The position numbers and the translations under genes were made by a program. A model generated the notes under the pieces. It made no database searches, had not been told where the DNA came from, and saw only the letters and a program-made list of their open reading frames with translations. Of a stretch of DNA of 64,000 nt, positions 13,055 through 25,754 are shown one piece after another. This DNA is from the human T2T-CHM13v2.0 reference genome, Homo sapiens: the NCBI RefSeq assembly GCF_009914755.1, contig NC_060944.1. One strand, given 5' to 3'. Every line of letters begins with the position of its first letter. Within the stretch, counting starts at the first letter, position 1.

Positions 13055-15639
13055 TGAGGGTAGGAGAAGAGTAGACTCTACTTGGAATCTGAAAGAGATA
13101 GCACACAACCTGCAGGTAGGTAGCTGTTATCTTAACCCTCAAAAAGGGTTAAACCACTACTTAACTCAAGGCGTGAATAACTATTATTCAAATATTATTG
13201 GCAAATTATTTTTGTTTGTCTGTTTCTCTATCTCTAATACCTAGAGAAGAGAGAACATTGTCCTAAAAACCACCAGGATGAGAAAAATTCTAAGTTGTTT
13301 CTGTAAAATTTTTTTAAATCCCCCTCCTCCGTCAGTGTTTTTATTTTTAGAAGTTAAATCATACCCACATAGCAACTGTTCCTACTTTAGAGGAAGAATC
13401 TTTCTTTTAAACAAATAAAGTGTGAATTTTCTATTCTTCCAGAAAGTTCACTTCCTGGGTCAGTAAACTGTAATGTAGCTATAAAATAAGGGGGCAACAC
13501 AGCTGACAGCTAAAAACAATTAGCTAAAAAATCATTATTATACAAACACCATTTGCATGAATCCAGTGACCATTAGAAGCAAACACATGAAGTTTCCTCT
13601 AGAAAATAGCTAAAGAATTTCTTAAATAGTATGCCAAACTTGAATTTTAATTGGAAATGAAGCTAATAACTGTTGTGTCTAACAGAGATCTTATATTTGG
13701 AACCAAAGGTGGGAGTTTCTCTCTCTCTCTCTGTTTTTCTCTTTCCCCTTCTCTCCCTTCTTCCTTTCCTTCCCCCATTATGTAAGTTGTTATCAAAAGT
13801 GATGGAACCAATATTGATTGCAGAAAGTCTTCTTGGTTCAGTTGGAAAATAGGGTAATAGAAGAGTAGTAGGGGTATGAACCAGTGCTTTAGAGAAACAA
13901 AGGTACACCTTATGGCCAATTTACCTTTATCATCAATGACACAATGGCAATTCCATTGAAAATTAGCTAAGGAAATCCCACAACTGGACATCTGTTTAAA
14001 AATGTAAGTTAAATGTGCTTCTTATACAAACAACCAAATATTGATTTTTGGTTTGGAACATTCAGTTAATCATAATACCAAACACTGCAAGGCAGTCCAT
14101 TCATTTACTTTCCCTTTTCATGAGGAAATCTGCATGAACAGAAATGCTGAATCTGAGGATTTGAGAGTATTGGAGAGTCAAAGTGGGTTGATTAATCTAG
14201 TGACTTTTAAATTATCGGAGGTTCAAGGACCTCAGATAAAACTTTTCTTATCCATTGAATTGTTGTATACCACAATGGCCTTTGGATTCAGATGATCCAG
14301 AGCTTCTTGACTCTATCTAGCTGCATGATATTTTGCCTTGAGTGACCTATTTTATGGTGTTCTTATGAAGACTAATTAATATACATAGGTAAAATACTTG
14401 GATGTGGGCTTAACACATCTTGTTCAATATGTTAGCTATAGTCACAAAAAGTATAATCTATTTTTCTTATAATCTACATTGCCGTTGCATGATTAGCTAA
14501 TTATGCATGTGTGTCTCAACAATTGAGTGTTACCTTTCTAAAACAGTTACCTGAGCAGGCCTGATCCTAACATTTGAGAGACAAGAGTACAAAAGGAGTC
14601 CCACATGTTACAGATCTCAATATTTAAATACTATAAATCAAGCTAAAAAAATGTTAATTTAAATGTGTTATATCTTCCTGGCTTAACAAATATGCCTTCA
14701 TAACAACGTAGAAGCCAGATTTAAATTTAGAGTACTTAAATTCCAGAACATAGCAAAGCAAGGAGACCCAGTCTTTGCTCCCCTCCCCATCCCTTTCTCT
14801 TTCTACCATGGCCTCCAGCACTTGTGTGGAGACTACAAAGTCCACAAGTCCAAGCTCCATTTACACCTCCCACCAACAGTCTTTTTTCAACCCCCACTGG
14901 GCCCAGGAGCCCCATGAGCAGTGAATTCCAAGGTCCCAGCTATGCAGAGCAAGGCTCAGAAGGAGGCAAAGAGCTCAAGGGGTCTTTGTTGCAGAGGAGC
15001 AGTGCTGTCCAGGTGCTGAGAAGTTGGAGTGCAGAGTAGCAGAGCCCTCTAATATACAGTGACCAGGACAGGGACCTGTCTTGCTAATTTAAGATTATTT
15101 TCTCTGTCCTGTTTTTAGCACAAGTGAAGAACAATTACCTCTTTTTTCTCTTCCACTTACAAGTCATCTTTCTTCACAGAAAAGTTTATAAAGAGTTATA
15201 AAAGCAACAACATGATTGTTAAGTTACCTGGACAGCCACAGACATTTCCTATTTATCATGAGAACTGCAGTAAGAATATGCACTGATCTAAGTATGATCT
15301 TTTAATATTTAGTTAATAATAACTTTATCAACCAAAGTTAATTGAACCAAGAGGCTGGTATTCATGGTGAACTAAACTCAAACATGACTGTTGGGCTTGC
15401 TGAATGTAAGATCATTCAGAAAAGAAGGCTAGACCTGTGTTGGTGCCTGATCTATTTCCATATTATACCTCTTGCTTCTGCTTCATTGTTTCTTTCAGAT
15501 TATACCTTTCTAGGATTTTCTCTTACCTGAGAAAATGGGACCTTTCTTTCAAAATTCCTGCCGGTATATAAGGATCAGGCTGAAAATCCACACTCTTCCC
15601 AACATGTCACTACTGGCTCCAAGAGGAAAATGTACCTTC

Positions 15640-16262
15640 TGTGTGGGGCACCCACATTGCACCTTCAATGATGCACATCACAGTGAACATTAGACCATGA
15701 ACCTTAAGTTAAACTCCCATGTCATAGCAAATGTTTCCTATGGGATGCAAAGAGAGGGATGAGTGGTATTCAACCCTGTTTACCCCTAAGTCCTAGGGTA
15801 ATGGGCATTTCTGTTGTCTTTTTTTGTTTTGGTTTGGTTTGGTTTTGGCTTTTTAGCACCCATCACATCTCTTGTGTTTCTTTCATTGGAAAGGGGTAGT
15901 GGGCCTACTAATCAAGGCACCCCCCCTCCTATCCCATGCCCAGTGGGCTGGGTGTGGGGGAAGAACCCCAAGCATAGCAGCCAGTGGACTGTGGTCAAGC
16001 TCTGAACAAGTCATTCTTGGCTGGAGTCTGTTTCCAAAGTGCCTGATATCTAGACCTGGAACTGACTAGCTTCATCTGCTTCCAAGCTGTTTTGGGGGGT
16101 GTGTGTGTGTGTGCGCGCGTGCGTGTGTTTGGGATTCCCCATCCCCCGCCACATTCCTGGCAATTCTTTTAGCTACCTAATATCCTTCTAGTAAATTCCT
16201 TTTGCTGGAGTTAGGCAGAGTTTCTTTCATTTGCATGCAATCTAAGAGTCACTGCTGATACA
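15640..16262 (+). mobile_element. Old ERVL-class LTR remnant with internal (GT)n/(GC)n
   Basis: TG...CA termini (tgtgtggggc...ctgataca) and an LTR-like 3' end (agtaaattccttttgct...ttgcatgcaatctaagag). Confidence 0.45.
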
Positions 16263-16406
16263 CTTGGCAGAGCCCCTGACACAAGAGATAATCAATGAAT
16301 GTTTGTTACATAAATGAATAATTACAACCTAAATGTATATCACTGCTTATTTGTAAAATAGTGGATTTTTTAATTCTGATTCATAAAACAACACATCATT
16401 GACTAA

Positions 16407-16699
16407 TTTTTTTTTCCAAGGCAGGGCCTCACTCTGTCGCCCAGGCTGGAGTGCAGTGGTGCGATCTTGGCTCACTGCAACCTCCACTTCATGGGCTCAG
16501 ACATTCCTTCCACCTCAGCCTCCTGAGTAGCTGAAATCAGAGGCGTGCGCCACCACGCTCAGCTAACTTTTGTATTTTTTGTAGTGATGGGGTTTTGCCA
16601 TGTTGCTCAGCCTGGTGTCAAACTCCTGAGCTCAAGTGATCCACCCACCTCGAGTTCCCAAAGTGGTGAGATTACAGGTGTGAGCCACCGTGCCCGGCC
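16407..16699 (-). mobile_element. AluJ
   Basis: Antisense dimer with J-type gggctca and ttttgccatg. Confidence 0.9.
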
Positions 16700-17166
16700 T
16701 ACTACATTTTTTAAAATTTGGAAAAGTGTAACAAAATAAAAGCCATCCATATTTCCACCACCCAGAGATTGCCTAACTTTTTAATTTTGTTCTGTTTTTT
16801 TAAATATACCTGCATGATGTTTTCATTTCACAAAACACATATTAACAATACAATATATGTAGTAGTGCATTTTGTTTTTTTCCACTTAAAATTGTGGTGA
16901 AGTTTGTTTCACGTCATTATATAATCTTCAAAATAATTAATTTTAATACCTATATAATAGTCTGTTATCTTGGGACCTTAAATACCTTTACCAAGCTCCC
17001 AAGTTCTAGTTATATAGGTTCTTTTTAATTTTTATTACTATGAAATATATTATAATACACAATTTTACCTGCATCTACTTCCTTACCAAAGACAAAAGAA
17101 AACATAAAATAAAAAACAAGAGGAATAGTGTGTCAAATAATTTAAACTTTTAAAAGTTTTGACAAC

Positions 17167-17463
17167 TTTCTTTTTTTTAATGGTGACAGAGTATCACTCT
17201 GTCACCAAGCCTGGAGTGCAGTAACGCGATCTCGGCTTACTGCAAACTCCACCTCTCAGGTTCAAGTGATTCTCTTGCCTCAGCCTCCCAAGAAGTTGAG
17301 ATTACAGGAGTGTGCCACCACACCCAGCTATTTTTTTGTATTTTAGTAGAGATGGGGTTTTCCCATGTTGGCCAGGGTGGTCTCAAACTCCTGGCCTCAA
17401 GTGATTCACCTGCCTTGGCCTCCCAAAGTGCTGGTGTTATAGGCATGAGCCACCGTGCCTGGC
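17167..17463 (-). mobile_element. Alu (Sz/J-like)
   Basis: Antisense dimer. Confidence 0.9.
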
Positions 17464-18282
17464 AGACATTTTGATAAGTATTTTTAAACTTCTCTGTAGG
17501 AAGCTTGTATTATGTAACCCTCCCACCACAAGTAATGAAAGAGATTGTCCTTCTCACTGCATCCTTGCCAGTATTAAGTTTATTTTTTGTATTTTTTACT
17601 TTTTTAATACATAAAACACACCACCTCATTGTTATTTTAATTTGCATTTCTGTGATTAATAGTAATAACATTTATTAAACGTGTGCATTGGTCTTTTATT
17701 TTTTCCTTTTGAATTATGCATTCAGATATTTGGACAATTCTATTGGGGTGCTATTGTTTACTCACTGATTTGCAAGAGTTCCTCAGGGCTATCATGAACT
17801 GTCATGTCATGTTTGGTGTCAATATTGTTTTCCATGATTCTGTTCTGTTTAAAATGCATGCATTGCTGCATATGAGAGTTTAAAATATATTCAAATCTTT
17901 ATTTTGCTTTGTGATTCTTCCCATTGATTTTATATTTAAAAAGTACTTCCCCTAAAATTAGTTAAATATTTTATTCTAGCTTTGTTTTCCACCTTGCATA
18001 TAAACTTATCAATTTATGTGGAATTTCGTTTGGAGGGTCATGTAAACAGAGGTTCTTAGTTGAATGCTTTCTATACACTTAGCCAATTTCCATGACGTTT
18101 TGTCAAATACTCCTCACTGTTTCATAATGCCTTCTTCGTCATATTTCTGGTTCTAAGAATGACCTAAATCTGTTTCCAGGCTCTTCTATTCCACTGAGCT
18201 ATTAATCAATTCTTACACCAGTACTACATTGCTATAATGATTGTAGCCAATGATCAAATTTACTTTTGTTTCAACAATGGCG

Positions 18283-18512
18283 CCCATTACCACTACCACT
18301 TCCATCTACCTACCTTCACCCCCCAACCACCCACATCTACCACCCACCACCCCCATCCATACCACCTCATCCCACCACCTTCATGTATTCGTCTCCACCA
18401 TCAAACTTCCCCCCACCTTTACCACCCCTAGAACTCCACTCTCCACACCACCTGTATGTACCACCACCTCCCATCTTACCACCACCACTCACCTCCCCCA
18501 CCACCACTACTA
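18283..18512. repeat. Degenerate (CCA)n low-complexity tract
   Basis: About 230 bp of CCA/CCT/CCC triplet-like units. Confidence 0.85.
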
Positions 18513-20059
18513 TTCTTTTGAAAAGTTTTCTTTTATTTTTATATGGTGATTCTTCCAGATGGATGTTAGAATCATTTTGTAAGGTTCTCCCAAATCCCAA
18601 TGTAATAAAACTATATAATTGATCTGGGAAAAATAACCGTTTCATAATATTCATCTTTCTACCAAAGCATAAGGTATGTCTTTCTTTGTTTGCTCCTCAG
18701 TTTATTGGTTTGAGTAAAATTGTATAGCTTTCCACAAAGACTTTTATATATTTCTTATTATTCACGAGTATTTTATGTATGTTTCCTGTTTTTCCCACTC
18801 AATTTATATATTAGTGAATTCATGAATAGAATCATTTTCCATTCTACTTTTTAGTTAGTAAAACACTGGCATTTTGGGTGGCCATCAATTTTTGAACATG
18901 TATTTTATAACCAAAAACATTACTGAAATTTTGTACTAGTTCCTTTAGGTTTTAATTGATCCCATTGTGTATCCATCACTTTTAAACAAAATCAAGGCAC
19001 ACTGTCTAATTTTTGGTTACTTACATTAAAAACTTTACTTAAACATAGGCATTAAATGCTATTTTACTGTTTATTTTTAAAAATCACCCTTTTATGAGAC
19101 TAATATAAAAATCTGAAATTGAAGCCACTTTAGAAATCTAAAACATAACATGTGTTCCTCTGTTGAACTACATTCATTTCCCTTGGGCACTCAGTCTTAC
19201 TATTCAAAACTACAAAAAGGGCTCTGAATGAGAGACATTAAGTCACTTCTCACTTGGATTAAACAGGACAAATTTAGACAATTAAACGAAATAAAACAAT
19301 TCAGGATTTTGACAGAAACACACCAGGAACTTGTCGCCTTATAAAGAGCAATTTCTCTCCTAATTTACCTCCAGAGATAATGTCCAGGATGATTTTTAAA
19401 ATAAAACAGTGCCCACCTAGATATGGTGAGAAAGCAATTGCATGCTCTTCTATATATGTGCAGATACCTTTTTCCCCAGATAAGCACACATTTCCTATTT
19501 CAACAGATCAGAATAATAATACCAACAAATTATTAATTCACAAAATATTTGTTGTGCTCCTAGTAAGTGTGGGGTTCTGTGTTATTGGGAAAGATTAGAG
19601 GGTTATAGTGATGATTATGGACAGGAATTGAAGAGACACTGGCATATAACAGAAGCTCAACAAATAATTAAATGTATTATTTATTTATTATTATACATAA
19701 TGATTATTATTTATTGTTTACCATTAATTTCCAGAAGACTGAAAGTCTAGTTCACCATTGTCTTCCAAGGGCGTAGCATGGCAAATATACACATGCAATA
19801 AATATTTGCAGAATATTTGTTGACTGATTGATGTATTTTTACAAAAACCTCAGTTGCCAAAAAAATATTTTGACTCAATTCTTAACTTCTAGCCTAAATC
19901 AGTTCTTAAAAGATGCATTTGTTAAAGCCAAGAATACTCTCCTTTTGAAGTCAGAATAAGGTTCTAAATTGCTCTTTCTATACTAGAAAAGAAAAACCTT
20001 CTAAAAATCAGATCTTGAAGTTGGCACAGGAAAATGCTATGAGGCAGAGTATTCGTTCC

Positions 20060-20910
20060 TTCACTCATTCACCAAAAGTTCATTGAGCACCTTCTGCATA
20101 TAAGACATAAAATAAATGGCCATTATAGAGCTTACAGACATAGCCAAACAAACAGGCATTTGCAAACTGGAATAAGTGCTGTGGAATAAAAGTGAAAGGA
20201 TGATGAGAGAGTTGGGTCGGTGGGGAAGAGAGATCAAGGAAGCCCAAGGGATGAGTATGACCCAGACTGGTAAAATATAGAGGGAAGATGGTTGGGGATG
20301 TTCCAGAAACAGACAGAGGGTCAGTGTGACAGCATCAAGAGGAAGAGATGCACAAGATGAGGCTGGCCAAGTATCAGAGGCTCTAGGAGTCTCTGGAATC
20401 TGTCCCAGGTGTGTGGGTGGTATTTTATGTAGGGAACTGACATTATCCTCTCTGCTCTGGATGAAGGATTAGAAGAGCCAGGCAAGGAACCAGGGGTCTT
20501 GTTAGGAAGTTATTCTAGTGGTCCAGGTAAGAGATTATCATCTCTTGCAGTTTGATAGTGGTGGTGGTGGGGATAGAAATAATTTATCAAGATGTATTTA
20601 GAGATCTATAGAGAAAATAGCATTTATAAGACTGCATGATGGTTTTAAATGTGGAGGGTCAAGGGAAAGGAGGTGTCAAAGGTGATTCTTGGGTTTCTGG
20701 TTAAAGCAACTCGATGGATAGTGGTGCCATTTACCAGGTTAAGAAGGACTAGAAAGTTGTTAGCTTGCCTTTGTTGCTATTATTGTTTTTGTTATTTAAT
20801 GCATTTTGGTTTTTTTGCATTTGTTTGGAAGGTTAGCAAGAAGGATGGAAGGCAACATCAACAAATCAACTGGGGGCACAGTATGTTTGAGATACTCTAG
20901 AAGATCCAGG
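20060..20910. mobile_element. L2 fragments
   Basis: ttcactcattcaccaaaagttcattgagcacc and later L2-typical gtggtccaggtaagagat, gcaactcgatggatagtggtgccattt. Confidence 0.6.
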
Positions 20911-21134
20911 TCCTGGGTTGTCTTGGCTCCCAGGTAAGTGACATGCATAAATGAGGTACTTTTGAACCCTGCTCTTCCCTACCATGGTTGTGTATATAAA
21001 GCCTCAAATAGGTTAGTTCCCTTAAATAATCTTTAAAGTATTTTCTGAATCCATGCTACTCTATCTTTACCTTCTGCTCTTATGCTAACATAATGTTAAT
21101 GTTGTCATCGAACACAGTTCATAGGGATGTTGGT

Positions 21135-21579
21135 GTACTGGGCTGAAGAGTGTCTCCCAAGAATTCATGCCCATCCAGAACCTGTGAATATGACGTTTAG
21201 AAATCAGGCATTTGCAAATGTAACCTGGTTAATTTGAGGTCATATTGAATAAGGAACAGGTCCTAAATCCAATATGAATGACGTCCGTATAAGAAAAGGG
21301 AAATTTGGACACAGGGACAGAGACAGAGAGGAAGATGCCATGTGAATACAGAGGCAGAGATTGGAGTTATGCTGCCACAAACCAGGGAATGCCTGGGGCT
21401 ACCAGAAGCTGGAAAAGGCAAGCAAGGATCCTCCCTTAGAGGTTTTGGAGGGTGCATGGCCCTGACAACATCTTGATTTTGGACCTCTAGCCTCCAGAAC
21501 CATGAGAGAATAAATTTCTGTGGTTTTAAGCCACCCAGTTTTTGGTAACTTGTTATAACTGCCCTAGGAAACTAATATA
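21135..21579 (+). mobile_element. MLT1C-like solo LTR
   Basis: gaggcagagattggagttatgctgccacaaaccagggaatgcc...ttttaagccacccagtttttggtaacttgtt...ctaggaaactaatata. Confidence 0.85.
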
Positions 21580-23078
21580 GTTGGGAAATTTAAGGGAATT
21601 AACATGTTTGAGCCTGAATCATTATATAGGGCACATAGCATAGGTTCAGTAAATATCCATTTCCCTCTTACTCATAACAGTCACCACCATTTTCCTGGTG
21701 GTTTAAATTATGATTAATCCGTACATCTACTCATCTAGATAAGTCTTACTATTCCGAGGACTGTTCTATAAGTGAGGAAACTGAGGCTTAGGAAAGTTAA
21801 ATAATTTTCCCAGAATCACAAAGCTAAACATAGAAGAGTCAGAGTTCAAACACCTGCCTCCCATACCTACAGCATTTCAGCAGGTCCTGACAGAGTGGAG
21901 AGGCACTGCCAGACTAGATTTTCAATGCTTAGATATCAATTGATTCAATGCTTAGATATCAATTTTCAATTAAACTCACATTTATTAATAAAATAACAAG
22001 CTGCAGAGACCTAGTACAATCTCTACCCACTCACAGAAGAACACTAGGTTTTTAGTCTAAGGCCAGCGTTACCAAGGAACTTGCCATTGGCTTATATTGC
22101 TTCCATTTAGCAGTGCATCTGCCTTGCACATATGTATTCCAAGTCAAGGTATTATCAGATTGGACATTTATGGCTTTAATTTACTTAAATGCATTTTCCT
22201 TATGTATTCCCCCACTTCATTTTGATGATACTGACTCATTCTCGCCACCTAACAAGACTATAAAAATAAATAGTGTGAGTGCAGAGGAAACTGTCTCCAA
22301 ACTTCATATGCTAAGATGCCCATCCTTTAAATTATAAAGCAAAAAATAAACCCATGCTTTAAATTTACCTTTCTCCCTAACTAACCTGGTTATCTTTCTC
22401 CCCAAGATTGAGTTGTTGTGCTGTTGAATATAACAGATACACAAATCTAAGGTGGCACAGCTGTTATTATAAGGTGTCAATTTCATAGAATTCTAGTGTA
22501 GGAGGGACTTCTAAAAAGCATCTTGTCCATCTATATCAGGTAAGAGAAAGAGTGTCTACAGCCTCCAAGCCCCAGAAGAGAAGCGGTTGCACTAGAAGAT
22601 TTTTGTGAGTTACCTAAGACCCTGTGGCTATGTCTTGGTAGAACTCCGTAGAATGCCAGGTTTCCTGATTTTCCTAAAAGTGTGTTCAGTCTTTCAAGCT
22701 GTCATCAACTATTAACAATGACACTTTCCTCTGGCTTTGTGCCAACTTTTCTTTTTGTTTATTATTCTGGCCATAAAAAGACCACCATAAATAGCCTCAG
22801 CGTTTCAGGTTCCCTTAATTGATATCTAATGTTGACAAATTAACTCAGCCCGAGTTGAAAGCTCCATATACACACACATGGTTTCAAGAAGGGCGATCGC
22901 GCTTATCCTCCAAACTGAGCAGTGATGATCCCTGGACTTCTCAAGTTTACCCTCTAGGAGGCTGACATGGCACACAATTTTGACAAGAGTTTGGAACCAA
23001 GATCCTCTTCCACGCCCTGCTCACAAGGGTGCCCACAAGCAGAAGTTCTCTCTCTGTCTCTCCATTACAACCCACCAG

Positions 23079-23087
23079 GCGCGCGCG

Positions 23088-23125
<38 letters not shown>
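23079..23125. repeat. Compound (CG)n/(CA)n alternating purine-pyrimidine microsatellite
   Basis: gcgcgcgcgcacacacacacgcgcgcacacac...aca, 47 bp of unbroken alternation. Confidence 0.95.
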
Positions 23126-23663
23126 AATAACAAAGGAAAACACAGCCTCATAAAGGCTCAGCTATTGCATCCTCCAGTCCACACCTGCCAAAAGACAAAA
23201 ACCATGCGGGAATCCTGCTCTGGCAATATGTCCAACACTTCTCGGGAAAAGCAGCGCCGTGGCACCCCCAGGGCGTGCGCTGCTGTATACACACAAAGAA
23301 CTGGTGCTGGGCTTGCGAGCAGTTCGGGGTACCAGCACGCTCTCAGGGCTGGAATCCGGGGTTCTCCTCCACGCCCTCCCGCCCAGCAAAATGGAACCAT
23401 CCTTTATTTGGTTGGTAGAGAGCCCAGGCTGGATAGTAGCGCATGGGTTGAGGGTGGGCGGTCCCCTATCCCTACCCTCCAGGCAGCAGGTCCCTAGCCT
23501 TTGCATCTCCTAGGAGATGCAGGATCGCGCTGTCACAGTGGTCCTCTTCGCATCCTCTCCCGGCAAAGAGAGATGCTCCGGTTACCAGCGGCGCGCATCC
23601 CCGCAGGCGCCTCTCCTCTCGCCGATACCCACCCAGGCAGTCCCGACAGGCGCGCCTGCCTAC

Positions 23664-23980
23664 CTGGTGGCCGGCTGTCAGCGAAGCGGCGGTGCCTCAG
23701 CCCCTTCTCAGCTGCTACAGCGCTCCCAGCGCCATGTTCCCGGTCTCCCCGGGCGCACGCTGGGGAACTACTACTGGCTGGGTAGGGGCAAGGGGGGCGG
23801 GGGCCAGCGGGAGGGGGTGAGAGGCAGAGCCACAGCTTTCTACTCTCCACCCAAACCTCCCCCAGCTACTGAGCATGCCCAGCTGCCCGGCTTCGCCCCT
23901 CGGAGGACTGTCCATGAGCGTACGCAGCTGCTCCGGGTTTTCGTGGCAGCCGGCGGGAGGCAGGCTGTAGCGGCGGCCGG
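23664..23980 (-). other. PAK5: Non-coding (5'UTR) exon 1 of PAK5/PAK7; upstream (TSS) boundary approximate
   Basis: Lies in the CpG island. Minus strand reads ...GGCACCGCCGCTTCGCTGACAGCCGGCCACCAG|GTAGGC with a canonical donor (GT at 23663-23662). Joined to the 3571-3676 exon it matches my recollection of the PAK5 5'UTR. Gene identity is from recall, not a search. Confidence 0.8.
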
Positions 23981-24257
23981 GGGTGGAGGTGAGGGGGAGG
24001 GTCGGGGGGCGTGTCTACACTCAGGGTGCAGGAGCCAGGAGCCGGGAGCTGGAGCAGGCGACCAATCCAATCACGTTTACTCCCAGTCGTCCCCGGCGGG
24101 GGCAGCTCCTGCACGCCCTCTCCCCCAACACTCGGGATTTGCAGAAATGTTGTTCAGGACCATTGCAGGATTGAGTTTTGCTTAAGAGGCTAGCAGAGGT
24201 GGGGAGGAGGAGGGGCTGAGAAGCAGAACAGTGGGCTGGCCTCTTTGCCACCACCTG

Positions 24258-24408
24258 GACCGGTGATTCTCAAACTTTCATGTGCCTGTGAATTAAAATG
24301 CAGATTCAGATTCAATTGGCTGGGTCCTGAGATTCTGCAAGCCTAACAACCTCGCAGGTGATGCTGCTGCTGCTGGCCCTCCCACCACTCCGAGTAGCAA
24401 ACATCTAG
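24258..24408. mobile_element. MER5-family hAT fossil just upstream of the promoter
   Basis: gtgattctcaaact...aaaatgcagattc...cctgagattctgc...aggtgatgctg. Confidence 0.7.
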
Positions 24409-25754
24409 AGAACCCCTTATCTGTGACCTCTCAGTGGCCATCCTTCAATCCGCCAGCCTAGCAATGGTCTCTGGTGTCCACAGAGACTCCTCCAGCCTGG
24501 GGTTGCTGAGCCTTACCTGGAAGGAGTGTTTGTGGGGCTAGGCTGTGACCACCCAGCTTCTCCTTGGCTGCTGTCTGATTTCGAATTTAAGGCCCAGGGG
24601 AAGAAGGATTCCTGGACCTTTTCATGCTCACTTTGCTAGCTGGCTAGTAAGCCAGTTGCTGGATGAGCTGCCCCGGTCAAGTCTGAACCAGTCTGCCTTG
24701 GCTGTCCCCTTGCCTTTCCTGAGCTGGGACAAAAACTCAGACTGGGCATCAAAGTGTTTATTGTACATCTAATAGCAAGCTTGGGCTTGCCTAGTTAAGA
24801 AAGCCGACAGATTATGACAAACATAGAGCGCATTTTTGTACCAAGAGATGTCAGGCCTTTGTGTTCAGTGATGTTTGGGCTGAAGTTTGCAACGATATTT
24901 GTGGTTCAACTTAAACTTCCCAGTTGCCTACTGCCCTCCCAGACTCTTGAAGTCTCCAGCATTATCAAGACTCTAGTGAATGAAAGACATTCACGAAGTA
25001 GTCCTGAGTTTTCACCCTTGGAAATGAAGAAGCCACGCTCTTGTCTGTCTTCAGCTGCCACAAGAGTACCCTTATGAGCTAGTAGTGGATATGGAATCTG
25101 ATCCCATAACTAGATAGCAGGTTACAAAATAAGGATTTGTATCTCTCCGTTCCTTATTATACTCAATGACCTTAGACAGTTTTCTAGCTAATAGTATAGT
25201 AGTTATCATTTCCCCTTGCTTGTTTTCCATTCACTTAGTACCTTTAATATTGTACTGGCCGTATCAAAACAGAAACCACAGGATAAATGGATGATTACTT
25301 TTCTCCCTCAGTAGTCCCATGTCCTTGTGTATCATACTCATCTCTTCCTTCTCAAAGCTGCACACAGCCCTAACAACCTACCCACTGCCACCATCGTCAC
25401 CCCCACAACTATATGCATAAATATTTTCTACTTTTGACTTTCTTATATGTGTGCTCACATAGATGCAAAAGCCAGAACATATTTTTACTGAGATATCGTT
25501 TATTTGTCATTGGTTAGTATCAGTTAAAATTTTTATTTGAAATATTGAACTTTAATCACTTAAAATAGCCTTCCTGTTATACATAAAGTTTGTGTTTGTA
25601 CATTTGTTTCTGCTAGTTAAATATGATGATGATTGTTAGCTGCCTCAAATTTATTTTGGAAGCGTGCAAGGTAAAAATTATAGATGAATAATAATGCTAT
25701 TTCTGTAAATACTGCATTGCATGAATTCCTAAGGGTTTTCTTTATATGTAATGC

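Larger units (their letters stand above)
16700..18970 (-). mobile_element. Ancient L1M(E) fragments, interrupted by an Alu and a CCA-rich tract
   Basis: T-rich antisense L1 3'/ORF2 motifs (cctcattgttattttaatttgcatttc; gcatccttgccagta). Confidence 0.65.
23070..24130. promoter_or_regulatory. PAK5: CpG island / PAK5 promoter
   Basis: The only GC- and CpG-rich kilobase in an AT-rich window. GC box (GGGGCGGGG ~23794), tandem CCAAT (accaatccaatc 24061-24072) and G-tracts at 23780-23820 and 23979-24009. Confidence 0.9.

Noticed and set aside
18237-18654. Pro/His/Thr-rich, extensin- or mucin-like ORFs
   Set aside because: Products of the CCA-rich low-complexity tract.
23181-23203. Minus-strand tttttgtcttttggcAG|GTGTGG near exon 1 (possible acceptor or alternative donor)
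   Set aside because: The donor is weak and I cannot define a partner exon boundary from sequence alone.
22967-24254. Many overlapping ORFs (up to 222 aa) on both strands in the CpG island
   Set aside because: Expected from stop-codon scarcity in GC-rich DNA; low-complexity A/G/P/R composition with no recognisable domain.
24511-24520. Consensus minus-strand donor CAG|GTAAGG ~550 bp upstream of the presumed TSS
   Set aside because: A single short motif with no supporting exon or promoter evidence.
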